64,000 nt of DNA from an uncultured Bacteroidales bacterium (GCA_900319035.1 ONMU01000004.1:29531-93530); one strand, 5' to 3'. Positions 35,501 to 45,694 are shown, counted from the first letter of the stretch. Notes: a model not told the origin generated them from the sequence alone. Numbers and translations are program-made.

Positions 35501-38500
35501 AGAACTCAATCATCATCGTTTGGAGGTTCGTATTCAGCTCCGGCAGGACGATATAGGAATTATAGTTCGCGTCCGTGGTATGTACGCGCAAGGAGTGCGT
35601 GTCGCCCATACCTGCCTCGTAGTGACGGCTGGACTGATAACCGGTCATCGGACCGTAGTACTCGTATCCCTTACGCTGGATGAGCCACTGATAGCCGTTC
35701 TGCGGTTTATCATAGGTGATACCGGTCTGGAAGCAGATAGGCTTGAGGTAGAGGGAGTCATATACATCGCCTCCCAAGACATCGTTGGCTTCGTAGTCAT
35801 ACGCCTCATCGAAACTCCATTCGAAAGCACCATCACCCTTCGGATCGAGCGGCTGACAGAGGGTACGGAACGCTAACTTATCGGTCGTCACGTATTTCTT
35901 GGACTCGGTAGTAGCTGCTCCGGCTCTCTCCAGACGGGCGATATAATCGGTCTGCGGCTCGAGGTTATTGACTTCCTGTGCGGTGACACCGTTGAGGTTC
36001 AAGAACTGCTGCACGATCGTTCCGTCCGGCGTCTCGATATAGAGGTTCCACGGACCGCCGATGTTCTGCCATTCTACCAAAGCACTCTCACCATCGGCAA
36101 CGATCTTCTTGAGCGCTACCAAGCTAAAGCCCTTGGTGGCACCGAGGGTCACGTCATCGAAGAGCAGGAACGCGCTGTCAGACGGCTGTTTCGGCATATG
36201 GAGCACGATCTGTTTGTCCGCGATGAGCGCCGAATCCAGATCCAAGGTATATAAACTATAGAGGTAGTTGTTCTTACTCGTCGGTTTGGTAGTCGTACTC
36301 GGTTTGGCGATACGAACGGATGCGAGCGACTGATAGGTGTCGAAGGTACGACCTTTGTCCACCACGCCGATCTCAATCAGACCCTCCGTAGCATAAGCGA
36401 TACGGTCGGTCTTCTTGTCATGATATCCCGGACGAACCTTGAACTCGAACGAACGGTCAGAAGCTTCGCCCAGACTCGGGAAGACGATATATCCACCGTA
36501 GAAACCATCCTTGGCGTGCATCAACAGGGCACCGTTCTCGGTACGGCTGTAACCGATGGAGTCGGCGATATTCTGACGGCTATGCGGGTAGTAGAGGAAC
36601 GACTGTGTCTCGGCTCCCATACCGTCTCTGCCGGTAGCCAAAGCAGGATGGATATAGTAGTTGTCGGACTCGGAGTTGACACTACGTGTCCACGCTTCCG
36701 GTGCCTTGCCGGTATTATTCTCAAAGCCGAAGAAGTAGGAGTCATGATAGTAATACAAGGTGTTCATCTTGAGCGGATTACGCGTCCAAGCACTGATATC
36801 ATCGTCCTCGCAAAGGGTGCGGGCATAGATATAATACGAGGTAGCAGGCAGCAGGTTCTCGAACTCGACATGCGTCGATTCCACGATGATACCTGCGGCA
36901 GTATCCAGATAAGCGGTGATATTACTGATGAGCGCTGCTTCCGTCTCCGGCAGGATTACTAACTGCCAACGGTGATCCTCTCTCTTCGAAGGCTTGATAT
37001 CCATCGATACAGAATAGAAGGACGAACCGGAAGCAGTGAGTCTCGGAGAATTACAGGTAGCCAATAATTCGAGACTTACATTATCAATCCAGTCATCATA
37101 TTTACCCGGTGTAACATTTGCGATACCGGCGGTAAGTACCAGATTTTCATAGGGTAATTCATAATCACCCAGATTCATCTGGCAATGGGTAAACTCAGAA
37201 GATGCCGCGAGATCAAAGGTCTCCAAGAGTTGGAAGGTCGTGATGTCGTTGACATCAGCCATGACACCCACGTAGAACTTAGCAGCGCTGCTGCCATACT
37301 GACGGGCATCAAACGAGAGTTTGAGGTTAGCCAAATCAGCATTCAGTCTCGGCACTACCATATAGCCGTTACTCCACAGGTTGATACCCTGCGAACCATT
37401 GGAACTAATCGATCCTACATTAAGGCCGCTATATCCTAAAAGTTGCCAGCAACCCGGCTGCTTCTCTCCCCTCTCATAGCTCTCGAAATCGTCATAGAAC
37501 GGCAGACCGGCACCACCCTCGGTAGGACAAGAGGTATGGAAGGCAGCATAGGTCATCGAGATAGCGGTACTGTCTCCGTTATCGCAGAAGCCTTGTGCAT
37601 AAACGTAATAGTTAGAAGCAGGCTCCAAGTCGCTGATTACCAGACCTTCCGAATGATCCACAATGGTATCCAAGAGATAGTGATATCTCGGTTTCTCCTG
37701 CTCGGTCAGTTCGCGGTTAGAGAGGAGCATACGGTAGCTGTCCTGATAGCCCTTCCAGCTAACGATAGCCATGTTCTCACCTACGGTGTCCACCGTGAAC
37801 GAAGAGATAGGACGGCAGAGCGGAATGAGATCCACAGAGATCTCGGAGATATAGGCATAGTTAGTAGCACCGAAGTCACTGAGGAACATGATGTTCGAAC
37901 CAAAATCACCCATATAGTCACCTTCGTAGTTCTCAAAACCTACGCTGAACGGATCCCAAGTGTTCTTACTGAGATTGAGGGTATCCAAGGCAACAAACGT
38001 ACTCAGGTCGGACGGATCGGTGATGATACCGACGATGATCTGGCTGTTATACGAGGACGAGTTATAGCTACGCGCCCAGAAATTGACTTGGTATTTCGTG
38101 ATATCATCCACATTCAACTCCGGCATGATAGCATACGCACCGATGTACGAAGTAGAGGTGGAAGAATACGAGTCGTAGAGCTTGAGGTAGTTCCTGCCAT
38201 TATGCATGGTCGAAGAGCTTGCCTCTACATAGGGGATATAGTTCGGGGTAGCTTCCTCCGCCTTGCTACCTACTATCCAGCAGGGCATCTCACCGCCTTG
38301 ACCTACGGTATAGCCCTCATCTTCCGAGAAAGTGATGGTACCCAAGGCTTCGGGAGTCATTGCCTCACAAGGTGTATTGAACGACATCGTTCTCCACTGC
38401 GAGGAGACAGAGTCGCTACAAAGGGTAGCAGCTGCTACATAGTACTTGGTCTGACCTTTCAAACCGTTCACTTTGAGGGAGTTCTTATCCGTAGTGTCAC

Positions 38501-41500
38501 GGGTGATGATCCATGACTCCGGCACCACATAGCTGTCGTTCGACAGATTCTCCTCGCTCACGAAATGATCGGTCACAAGCAGTACCCAGTTATCGCTGGT
38601 ACGGAGACCACCGCTGACACGTACGCTGGAGGTTGTCAGATCCGAGATACTCGGTTTCGGCATCGGGCACGCATTGGACACAAACGATATATCATCGATA
38701 TAAACCCAGTCTCCTTTGCCGTAACGGGCACGCCAAGCTACATACTTAGCAGTAGGCGGTATGAGGGCTGCATATTCGCTGAGGTCAACGGTCTTCTGAT
38801 AGAAGTTAGAGGTACCCGTTCCCGCCATCGAATCCAGCGGCACGAAGGTACTGAGATCGGTCGGGTCGGTCATTACACCCCATACGCATACCTCATTATT
38901 ATAACCACTCATAGAGAAAGAGACAATGATGGACTCCAGCGAGTCACACTTGATCTCCGGCGAAGCAGCCCAGTGCGGAGCCGTAGAAGAGCTCTGATAG
39001 ATATACAACGCCTTTTGCGAGTTTATTGTATTGATATACGGCAGCGTACCGGTACCGGTAGCGGTACCCAGCGTCCAACAGTCCGGATAATTGCCTTGCC
39101 CTGCTGAATAGGACTCGAAGGTCTCTTTGTTCGCCTTCGTCGGATCGAGCAACTCGCAGGTGGTATATACATCAAACGCTACCCAAGTGTCCTCATCGCA
39201 AGTTGCACGCACGTAGAGGTAATAGTTCTTTTGCGCAGCCAACTCGTCTTTATAGAAATGCTTACCGGTCACGATCGAATCCGCTACGATATCGTAAGCG
39301 TGATTATAGGTATTATTCTTGATCTCCGCGATCGTAACGGACTTGTTCAGCAGTTTCACCTCCCAGGTATCGTTATCCGATATACCGCTCCAGGTCACGT
39401 CGATCGAGTGCGGCGCAGGATGATTCAACTTCAAGTCGAAGGGTTCGATACACGACGGATCCTTCAACTCGATGTTATCAATCAAGATGTCGCTACTCAT
39501 GAGGAGGTTGGTTCCCAGACCCGAGGTGATAGCCAGTTGATCATGCTCCAAGTCATAGTTCGAGAGGATGAAACGCGCTTTCTGGAACGACGAACCACCT
39601 ACGCGAAGCGTATCAAAAGGCACGAAGGTGTTCTGATCGGTGATATCGCTCATCGTACCGACGATCACCACTCCTTCCGCAGAAGACGAAGTGGAAACGG
39701 TACGTACATCGAAGGTGAACAACATATTCGTCAGCGAACCCTCCACAACCGGCAGGATAGCTACCGAACGGTGGGTAGTACCCGACGAATAGAGCTCGAG
39801 CGTCTTATTGCTATTCATGGACGTACCCGCCTGATAGATACGCGGATAATCCACGCCCAAATAGTCCGCTAACTGCCAGCAGCCTACGGACTGACTACCG
39901 ATATTATAGTCCTCGAAGGTCTCTTTGTAGGGGTACTCCTCATCGCGGCAAGGCGTGCTGAACGCCATCTCACTCCACCAATCCAAGTCACACGTTGAGC
40001 GGACATAGATATAGTAGTTCGAGTGCGGGATGAGTTCATCGAACGTGAACGTCGGCTTCGCCTGCGGATTCGTCCACGTCAGGGTTTCCGCCAAAACGTT
40101 ACCGCCCATAGCAGCAATCTCTTCTTTCGTCTTATGAACGCGCTGGCTCTCCGAGATAGGCGTACGGAAAAGGAAGAACTCCCATTGATCCGAGAGAGCA
40201 GATGCCTCCCAAGATACCGTAACAGCATCCGGCTCTATCTGCAATTCGATATTGGTAGGTGGCACACATTCCGACAACTTCTCCACAAGGATCTCGTCGA
40301 TATAGTTGATGGTGTTTGCCGTCATATTACGTACATCGTCCCAGACGATGGCTATCACGCCTTCCGGACCGGAGTAGTTCTCGAAGTTAGCATAGCAACG
40401 CGTATATCCGGTACTGTTCAGCGTAAAGCTCGATACAGGCACGAAGGTATTGATATCCATCGGATTAGACATGATACCAATCGTAGCATGAGCCTGAGCG
40501 ATATCGTTCGATCCGCTGCTGAGGTAGAACTTCACCTGCACGCTATCGAGGTTCTCCACCATCGGCAGCGTGAGCCATGCGTCCGTACCGCCTCGTTTAC
40601 TCAAGAAGAGACTTTTCGAACCGCTGTAAGTGGTACCGTCATTCACAGCAGGGTACGTTCCGGCATTGCCGAAGACACCCATACCGACAGCACATTGCTG
40701 GTTTCCGATCTTGCGGGTAGGAGTCGTACGCGCCTCAAAATCAAACGCATACGGTATCTCACGCATCGAAGCCAAGGTCACGAACGGATAGCGATACGAC
40801 CAGTCCTGACCGGCTGCCTGTACATAGACATAGTACGGAGCATTCCAGCTATGATCCGCCTCCAGCGCCTGACACAGATAGCTATTACCGGTCACGGAAG
40901 CCTGATCAACCACCAAGTCTGCACTCGGGTTGCTCGGATTAACCGGAGCACTGGTAATGAGCACGTTATACGAAGAAGCATTGCCTTCCCACGAGATCGT
41001 AGCATACGTATCACGGGGATTAACGCTGATCTTCGTCACCTTGTTCACCGCCTTGCGATACTCCACAGTCACGTTATCGAGGAAGAAGAGGTTCTCACGG
41101 TCAAAATCACTGATAAACGCCAGATAGACACCATTTCCATCGTACGAACTGAGGTCCACGATGTTCTCTTGGAAAGTCTTATTACCCCAAACGCTCACGG
41201 TATCAACCGGACGGAAGGTAGTGATATCCTCCGGATCCTCCATCACACCGACCATGATACTACGACCGTACTGACGACCGGTATAGGTATAGACCGTTGA
41301 CCAGAAATGCACTTGGCACTGGTTGATATGAAAATCGGCATTCAGCGTATCCGACAGAGCCGGAGTAGCCAAATAGACATACCGATCCGCCGGAATGAAA
41401 GTGGAAGGCTTATTCAGTCCACCCGCAAAAATAACCGCTGCCGTCGTATCCGGCGAGAAGTTAGCACGGGCATTACCCGTAGCCGCCGAGTTGACATACG

Positions 41501-42482
41501 GCGTGATGACATTAGAGAGGTTGTTACCCCAAGACCAGTCTTCGTCTCTATTCTTAGAGGACGGATAATTGAATTTCTCCGTAAACGGAATCTGCTTCGC
41601 TACGCGGACACGGAAACCGAAGGGTCCGTCCTTCGACGCCTCGCTGCTCCATGCGCTGTTCTCATCCTCGCAGATAGAACGCACGTATGCCAAGTAGAAC
41701 TCACCCGACTCCAAGAGCAGGTCATGATTCGTCACCTCGCCACTGACCAGATCGTGGTACACGATCAGCTCCGGATGCAGCACCTCGATCTCCTCGATCA
41801 ATTCCGGATCAATCGTATCACGGGAGATGATGATCTCGAAGTTATCAGCATCGAAACTCGCACTCCAGAAGAGATTCACCTTACCTGCACCCTTATTGAG
41901 CACCGACAGGTCGTAGGGCACCGTACACTCCGGAGCAGACTGGAGCTTGATGTCATCCAGCACGATACCGTGACCCAAGTTATCCGTTCCCTCGAAGGCA
42001 ATCTGATAATTCTGACCTACCTCCGGCAAGGCGATCTTCACACGCTGCCACGTAGAAGCCGAACGAGCGTACTCGCCTAACTGTTTCCAAGGCGCACGCG
42101 AACCGGTGCGGTACAACACGCGGAGCGTATCGCAGTCGGCACCCCACTTGGTGTTAGCGTACCAGAACACCAACTCCGGCATATATACCTTCGTCGGACG
42201 AAGATCCATCACCTTACTGATGAGGCGGGTCTTATAACCCAAGGTCTCCGTTGTGTTGTTACGCAGATAGGCACGATACGAACCGTCATGTACATTGGAC
42301 GGATAAGACAATCCCTCTGCCTCCGACTCCACAGCCCAAGGCATCTGTCCTGCCACAAACTCCTGCGTCCAGACATCCTCTGAAATACCATTCTCAAAGC
42401 CCTCGTCAATTAACACAACACGGGCGTTGAGAGTCGTGGTCATAGCCAAAATAGCTACCAAAAAAAGGATAAACTTTTTCAT
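32520..42482 (-). CDS. Giant modular secreted surface protein (3320 aa)
   Basis: Signal peptide MKKFILFLVAILAMTTTLNA. At least 8 copies of a ~300-aa module marked by VG(V/T/I)M.DP.D..TF.P.D, for example VGVMEDPEDITTFRPVD, WGVMTDPTDLSTFVPLD and VGTMTDPTDAATFMPLD. The modules are interleaved with Fn3-like units. The C-terminal region has Cys-rich GCDS..L.L repeats and ends KVIYHDQMYIICNDEWYNALGQKV. Confidence 0.9.
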   Translation of the reverse strand: MKKFILFLVAILAMTTTLNARVVLIDEGFENGISEDVWTQEFVAGQMPWAVESEAEGLSYPSNVHDGSYRAYLRNNTTETLGYKTRLISKVMDLRPTKVYMPELVFWYANTKWGADCDTLRVLYRTGSRAPWKQLGEYARSASTWQRVKIALPEVGQNYQIAFEGTDNLGHGIVLDDIKLQSAPECTVPYDLSVLNKGAGKVNLFWSASFDADNFEIIISRDTIDPELIEEIEVLHPELIVYHDLVSGEVTNHDLLLESGEFYLAYVRSICEDENSAWSSEASKDGPFGFRVRVAKQIPFTEKFNYPSSKNRDEDWSWGNNLSNVITPYVNSAATGNARANFSPDTTAAVIFAGGLNKPSTFIPADRYVYLATPALSDTLNADFHINQCQVHFWSTVYTYTGRQYGRSIMVGVMEDPEDITTFRPVDTVSVWGNKTFQENIVDLSSYDGNGVYLAFISDFDRENLFFLDNVTVEYRKAVNKVTKISVNPRDTYATISWEGNASSYNVLITSAPVNPSNPSADLVVDQASVTGNSYLCQALEADHSWNAPYYVYVQAAGQDWSYRYPFVTLASMREIPYAFDFEARTTPTRKIGNQQCAVGMGVFGNAGTYPAVNDGTTYSGSKSLFLSKRGGTDAWLTLPMVENLDSVQVKFYLSSGSNDIAQAHATIGIMSNPMDINTFVPVSSFTLNSTGYTRCYANFENYSGPEGVIAIVWDDVRNMTANTINYIDEILVEKLSECVPPTNIELQIEPDAVTVSWEASALSDQWEFFLFRTPISESQRVHKTKEEIAAMGGNVLAETLTWTNPQAKPTFTFDELIPHSNYYIYVRSTCDLDWWSEMAFSTPCRDEEYPYKETFEDYNIGSQSVGCWQLADYLGVDYPRIYQAGTSMNSNKTLELYSSGTTHRSVAILPVVEGSLTNMLFTFDVRTVSTSSSAEGVVIVGTMSDITDQNTFVPFDTLRVGGSSFQKARFILSNYDLEHDQLAITSGLGTNLLMSSDILIDNIELKDPSCIEPFDLKLNHPAPHSIDVTWSGISDNDTWEVKLLNKSVTIAEIKNNTYNHAYDIVADSIVTGKHFYKDELAAQKNYYLYVRATCDEDTWVAFDVYTTCELLDPTKANKETFESYSAGQGNYPDCWTLGTATGTGTLPYINTINSQKALYIYQSSSTAPHWAASPEIKCDSLESIIVSFSMSGYNNEVCVWGVMTDPTDLSTFVPLDSMAGTGTSNFYQKTVDLSEYAALIPPTAKYVAWRARYGKGDWVYIDDISFVSNACPMPKPSISDLTTSSVRVSGGLRTSDNWVLLVTDHFVSEENLSNDSYVVPESWIITRDTTDKNSLKVNGLKGQTKYYVAAATLCSDSVSSQWRTMSFNTPCEAMTPEALGTITFSEDEGYTVGQGGEMPCWIVGSKAEEATPNYIPYVEASSSTMHNGRNYLKLYDSYSSTSTSYIGAYAIMPELNVDDITKYQVNFWARSYNSSSYNSQIIVGIITDPSDLSTFVALDTLNLSKNTWDPFSVGFENYEGDYMGDFGSNIMFLSDFGATNYAYISEISVDLIPLCRPISSFTVDTVGENMAIVSWKGYQDSYRMLLSNRELTEQEKPRYHYLLDTIVDHSEGLVISDLEPASNYYVYAQGFCDNGDSTAISMTYAAFHTSCPTEGGAGLPFYDDFESYERGEKQPGCWQLLGYSGLNVGSISSNGSQGINLWSNGYMVVPRLNADLANLKLSFDARQYGSSAAKFYVGVMADVNDITTFQLLETFDLAASSEFTHCQMNLGDYELPYENLVLTAGIANVTPGKYDDWIDNVSLELLATCNSPRLTASGSSFYSVSMDIKPSKREDHRWQLVILPETEAALISNITAYLDTAAGIIVESTHVEFENLLPATSYYIYARTLCEDDDISAWTRNPLKMNTLYYYHDSYFFGFENNTGKAPEAWTRSVNSESDNYYIHPALATGRDGMGAETQSFLYYPHSRQNIADSIGYSRTENGALLMHAKDGFYGGYIVFPSLGEASDRSFEFKVRPGYHDKKTDRIAYATEGLIEIGVVDKGRTFDTYQSLASVRIAKPSTTTKPTSKNNYLYSLYTLDLDSALIADKQIVLHMPKQPSDSAFLLFDDVTLGATKGFSLVALKKIVADGESALVEWQNIGGPWNLYIETPDGTIVQQFLNLNGVTAQEVNNLEPQTDYIARLERAGAATTESKKYVTTDKLAFRTLCQPLDPKGDGAFEWSFDEAYDYEANDVLGGDVYDSLYLKPICFQTGITYDKPQNGYQWLIQRKGYEYYGPMTGYQSSRHYEAGMGDTHSLRVHTTDANYNSYIVLPELNTNLQTMMIEFYGRCFVNYDQSFGTVANRGKIVDDTYLGAAYSQSIVVGTLSDPKDLSTLQVVDTLTYTYTDLTINDNVNSDPKGLHYWDLMQLPLAGMQGKYIVLFQPAPGLFYLDNLVVKPAGNTIFKPTQTKTSDVSATSATLSWKTWHSDLATVVVVLDAAGEEILRDTVTGSQYSLTDLESSMMYRWYVYQTNGTDDSQPTKPLGFATDCIVNSPAYTCGFEPEEGMMPIAGQKAYQQTLCWTYSDAIQGEWKNPSFDPFNQPNNANYAYSFEGNHAVAMHASFSSRAASSYQPYIALPAMDVTAYDTLQVMFWMRPAYISAKNDSVVTTFTGSSYSKSIVVGTMTDPTDAATFMPLDTVTYDGTLSVSDQATEANNWLFQQMKVELVGATGPYVALMTSSKEKGGTAEKTGDYVWIDNISFEHKQECKDPVDLTVLQLGSTHAVLTWNGVDSAGSFLVQVSTDPFFSKEDEMIFNDEVSTNTCTVKGLTPQTTYVWRVQALCGERWGESSFSQKATFKTSRSPYFYEPFAATVSSTEWTFSKSHADNIVDVPGSVIVRGTDNSSFARTVVGYGLEGAHYVAPGHSTDHHWMITPSFYLPEDDSVHFSMDLALTACNSAHLVTGNAVTENDMMDDYYFMIIISEDGGQTWTGNNILAKWQNTNPEGSQLRDIPSNGMTVRYSLASYAGKNIRIGLYREARSTSSTGIAIHVDNIRLAYFKKSVDYASGCQYEDIQVGDIILPGDQTTPGIHAYPTCYYVSDAEAKAGKKDSVQQLEIEIYPAMETLFVDTICEGETYTDHDFLPKEKTGTYRRKLQTIEHGCDSIVTLDLYVKERRYGDDVEASICPGEPYEWRGKEYNRAGIYRDTILSSIGCDSVLTLILTNNTSKADTIFAQSIIHPDELPFTYLDPAHPYAYGQQPISYPEGTPQGTYVDTVLVIGSECTDVLIHVLIIRWEEALENLFEGKGETHKVIYHDQMYIICNDEWYNALGQKVSDPRQ

Positions 42483-42534
42483 AATATAAAAGTATTAACA
42501 ATTATTCTATCTCCAAAGAGAGCATATTAGGGCG

Positions 42535-42566
42535 CAAAATTACACAAAAATATCCATTTTTGCAAC
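42535..42566 (-). promoter_or_regulatory. Promoter for the 3320-aa gene (-7 TAATTTTG; degenerate -33)
   Basis: Plus-strand caaaatta at 42535..42542, 53 nt upstream of the ATG at 42482. The -33 position reads caac (TTG only). Confidence 0.5.
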
Positions 42567-42694
42567 AATTTGCACAAAAAAGTTCAAATTAATTGCATTT
42601 TGTAAACTTGGCTTTACACTTTTTACACAGAATGATAGAACACAAAATGTTGTATTTTTACCCAAAAAGGAGGCTAAATTATAGGTCTATAAGT

Positions 42695-42727
42695 CAAAAA
42701 AAAGGAGCACCCGAAAGGGTACTCCTT
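42695..42727 (-). terminator. Rho-independent terminator after gcvH
   Basis: Minus RNA AAGGAGUACCC-uuuc-GGGUGCUCCUU followed by UUUUUUU, 38 nt after the stop at 42765. Confidence 0.75.
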
Positions 42728-42764
42728 ATAAATTAGCGCGCACGCGCTTCACGCACACGTGAGA

Positions 42765-43139
42765 TTAGAGCGACGCCTGATAAGCGGCAGCATCCATCAG
42801 CGAATCCAACTCCGCTGCATCCTTCACAGCAATACGGATGATCCATCCCTTGCCGTACGGGTCGTTATTCACGAGCTCCGGCGCAGCGTCCAACTCTTCG
42901 TTGATCTCCAGCACCTCACCCGTTACCGGCATATTGAGGTCACTAACAGTCTTCACTGCCTCAACAGAACCGAATACTTCACCCTGACCTACCGTCTCAC
43001 CGACCGTAGGAACATCGATAAACACGATTTCACCTAACTCGGACTGCGCATAGTCCGTGATGCCTACATACGCCTCATCACCCTCCACGCGGATCCATTC
43101 ATGTTCGCTCGTATAGCGAATATCACTTGGAAAATTCAT
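42765..43139 (-). CDS. gcvH: Glycine cleavage system protein H
   Basis: 124 aa. Classic GcvH sequence: [59 protein letters not shown], with the lipoyl-lysine in VEAVKTVSD. Confidence 0.95.
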   Translation of the reverse strand: MNFPSDIRYTSEHEWIRVEGDEAYVGITDYAQSELGEIVFIDVPTVGETVGQGEVFGSVEAVKTVSDLNMPVTGEVLEINEELDAAPELVNNDPYGKGWIIRIAVKDAAELDSLMDAAAYQASL

Positions 43140-43168
43140 AACATTTAATGTTTTAACAATTTAACAAT

Positions 43169-44767
43169 TTAGAGCGTCGGATCACTCGGGATCTGGTCAC
43201 CCAGCGTGGACATTGCGCAGCGGAAACCGATCTTGGACGATGCCTTGTCCTGATCCATGTAACGACGGGTAGAGGGGTTGAGCCAGTAGATACGATCAGC
43301 CCACGAACCACCTTTATACACACGCGTCTTCGACGATACACGCGGAGCAAGCACATCGGTCGGGTCAGTCTTGATCTCAGAGAGGTTCTGTACACCTACG
43401 GTATCCAGCGGATAATCAGTCTCTAACAAGCTGGCGAAATCACCATCGAGCACGTCACGTTTATCATCCTCTTTACCCCAAGTGATCTTCACGCAGCCTA
43501 CAGAGTCCATCTCGAACTTACCATTCTCATCCAATACCGGACGGCTGAAGATATTACCACGGAAGGAGTTGTACTCCGTTACATCTTGGAACGTAGTCTC
43601 ACGATATACATCCATTACCCATTCGTTCACGTTTCCGGCCATGTTATACAGACCGAAATCGTTGGGATAGAACGCATCCACCGGGTTGGTGATCACATGA
43701 CGATCGTTGAGAGCGCCACTGACACCCATCATATCGCCTCGTCCGCGAACGAAGTTAGCCTGCATCATACCGAGGTTCTTCTTGGTCATATCGCGCGGGT
43801 GGTATCCCGACCAAGGATAGATCTTACCCTCTATAGTCAGGCCATCCTCACCCGCCACCGGTGCATAAGCTGCGAACTCCCATTCCGACTCTGTCGGCAG
43901 ACGGTAGCCCGTCACGAAGATACCATCGGCGATATTCACCTTACGCTCAGCTCCATAGCTATCCGTTTTCGGTTTACGGCCGTACTCCGGAACATAGGTA
44001 TCATCCATGAGGTATTTCTCGGTATTGAAGACGAACTTATCACGGATCCACTCGTAGCTCGGACGATACATCGTTACCGTCTGCTCCGGATCCTCGGGAC
44101 TAACCTCCTCATAGGAGAACATCTCGTAACCGGTCTGCTGCTCCCATTCGTCCTTATAAGCCTCGTCATCCGTCGGCTGCAGGTCAGCGAACGGAGGGAT
44201 CACGATGGCTCCGGCATTGATGAGTGCCATCTCGTTCACACGGTCGGTACGCCACTGGCAATAAGCCATAGCTTGCTCCCATGTAACACCTACTACAGGA
44301 TAGAAGGAGAAAGCAGGGTGCTCGAAATAGTTGTCCTCATACGGATCGTTGTACGCCAAATCCTCACGCCAAACCTTGTGGTCAGGACGGGCTTGATCCA
44401 CCAACTCGGGAGCAACTGCGCCAAACACGAAATCGAGCCAATGAAGATACTCATTCCAGTTCAGGTTCGTCACCTCGTACTTGTCCATGTAGAAAGAACT
44501 AACAGTCAAACTACGCGTCTCATTGTTACGCGGAGCAGTAAGAAACTCATCTTTCTCACCAACGGTAAAGGTACCACCCTGAATAGGCACCATACCCACA
44601 GGGTTAACATTACCTACTCCTTCGTTTGCCTCAAAATTGGTCGTCTTCTGGTCGAAATAATTCCAACCGGTTGTGTTACTAACGCGAGTATTCAACTCAC
44701 GTTTGTTACACGACATTGCGGCCATTACCACCGCTACAATCAAGAGATACTTGCTTACGTTTTTCAT
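43169..44767 (-). CDS. gldJ: GldJ-like gliding/T9SS-associated lipoprotein (formylglycine-generating-enzyme/SUMF1 fold family)
   Basis: Lipoprotein signal MKNVSKYLLIVAVVMAAMSC (ATG 44767; the track start at 44797 adds 10 aa). The N-terminus NTTGWNYFDQKTTNFEAN..MVPIQGGTFTVGE..SFYMDKYEVTN resembles GldJ, and sulfatase-modifying-factor-type motifs follow (NVNEWVMD, YKGGSW). GldJ versus GldK/PorK cannot be separated without alignment. Confidence 0.6.
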   Translation of the reverse strand: MKNVSKYLLIVAVVMAAMSCNKRELNTRVSNTTGWNYFDQKTTNFEANEGVGNVNPVGMVPIQGGTFTVGEKDEFLTAPRNNETRSLTVSSFYMDKYEVTNLNWNEYLHWLDFVFGAVAPELVDQARPDHKVWREDLAYNDPYEDNYFEHPAFSFYPVVGVTWEQAMAYCQWRTDRVNEMALINAGAIVIPPFADLQPTDDEAYKDEWEQQTGYEMFSYEEVSPEDPEQTVTMYRPSYEWIRDKFVFNTEKYLMDDTYVPEYGRKPKTDSYGAERKVNIADGIFVTGYRLPTESEWEFAAYAPVAGEDGLTIEGKIYPWSGYHPRDMTKKNLGMMQANFVRGRGDMMGVSGALNDRHVITNPVDAFYPNDFGLYNMAGNVNEWVMDVYRETTFQDVTEYNSFRGNIFSRPVLDENGKFEMDSVGCVKITWGKEDDKRDVLDGDFASLLETDYPLDTVGVQNLSEIKTDPTDVLAPRVSSKTRVYKGGSWADRIYWLNPSTRRYMDQDKASSKIGFRCAMSTLGDQIPSDPTL

Positions 44768-44856
44768 ATTAATTTGTAATAATTTGATAGTATTCAAATG
44801 CTCTAATAATTACGCGCATACTCACACGTACACATTAGTACACACGTTTCAGCCTG

Positions 44857-44864
44857 CAAAGATA
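44857..44864 (-). promoter_or_regulatory. -7 box TATCTTTG for the gldJ-gcvH unit
   Basis: Plus-strand caaagata at 44857..44864. There is no well-spaced -33 TTTG. Confidence 0.4.
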
Positions 44865-44959
44865 CAACTTTTTTCTCAAACTTACGAACGTTTTTGATAA
44901 AAAATGAAAAAAAAGTGCATTTTTCCTCTAAAAACGTCAATTTTTTGCAAAAAAAGCAC

Positions 44960-44967
44960 TAACTTTG
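44960..44967 (+). promoter_or_regulatory. -7 box TAACTTTG for folP-cdaA
   Basis: taactttg at 44960..44967, 20 nt upstream of the ATG at 44987. A TTTG at 44944..44947 has only a 12-nt spacer. Confidence 0.45.
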
Positions 44968-44986
44968 CAGCGTGAAAGCGCAAATT

Positions 44987-45694
44987 ATGGCGATAGGCAA
45001 TGTGACGCCGGACAGTTTTTATGCCGCATCGAGAGTGACAGACATTCGCTCTTGGGCGGAGGAAGTGCTGTCTCAAGGAGCGGACATTTTAGATATCGGA
45101 GGGTGCTCCACCCGACCGGGTAGTACGCCCGTGGAACAAGAGGAAGAATGGCGAAGATTAGAGCCTGCGCTGAAAGCTTTACGCGCTGCTTTCCCCGATG
45201 CGTCCCTCTCCTTGGATACTTTTCGTCCCGAGATAGCCCGTCGCGCATTGGAACAGTTCGGACCGATGATCATCAATGACATCTCCGGAGGATGCGAAAT
45301 GATGTACGATCTCGTGCGCGCGTCGCGCGTACCATATATATGGACGTTACGCGGAGATCTGACTCTCCCTGCCCGACAACCGGAAATGAGGGATATCGAT
45401 CTGATCCTTGATCCCGGATTCGGGTTCATCGGCAGCACAGAAGCGGACTACGCCTGCATGCGGCAAATGGATAGTCTGGAGCAGTATGACCGTCCTATCC
45501 TCGTCGGTGTGAGCCGCAAATCCATGGTGTGGAGACCGCTCGGCTTGACACCGGAGACCTGTCTTGCTGCCACACAGGCACTGCAGATGTACGCTTTAGA
45601 GCACGGCGCTACCATCCTTCGCACGCACGATGTCCAAGAGACAGCGAGGACGATTAGGGTGTTTGAAGGTTTGAGCCCTGCGGGCTTGGTTTGA
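44987..45694 (+). CDS. folP: Dihydropteroate synthase (short form)
   Basis: Motifs GNVTPDSFY, DIGGCSTRPG, SLDTFRP, INDISGG and LDPGFGF. The track start GTG at 44972 lies only 5 nt after the -7 box, so the ATG at 44987 is preferred. The start is uncertain by 5 codons. Confidence 0.85.
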   Translation: MAIGNVTPDSFYAASRVTDIRSWAEEVLSQGADILDIGGCSTRPGSTPVEQEEEWRRLEPALKALRAAFPDASLSLDTFRPEIARRALEQFGPMIINDISGGCEMMYDLVRASRVPYIWTLRGDLTLPARQPEMRDIDLILDPGFGFIGSTEADYACMRQMDSLEQYDRPILVGVSRKSMVWRPLGLTPETCLAATQALQMYALEHGATILRTHDVQETARTIRVFEGLSPAGLV

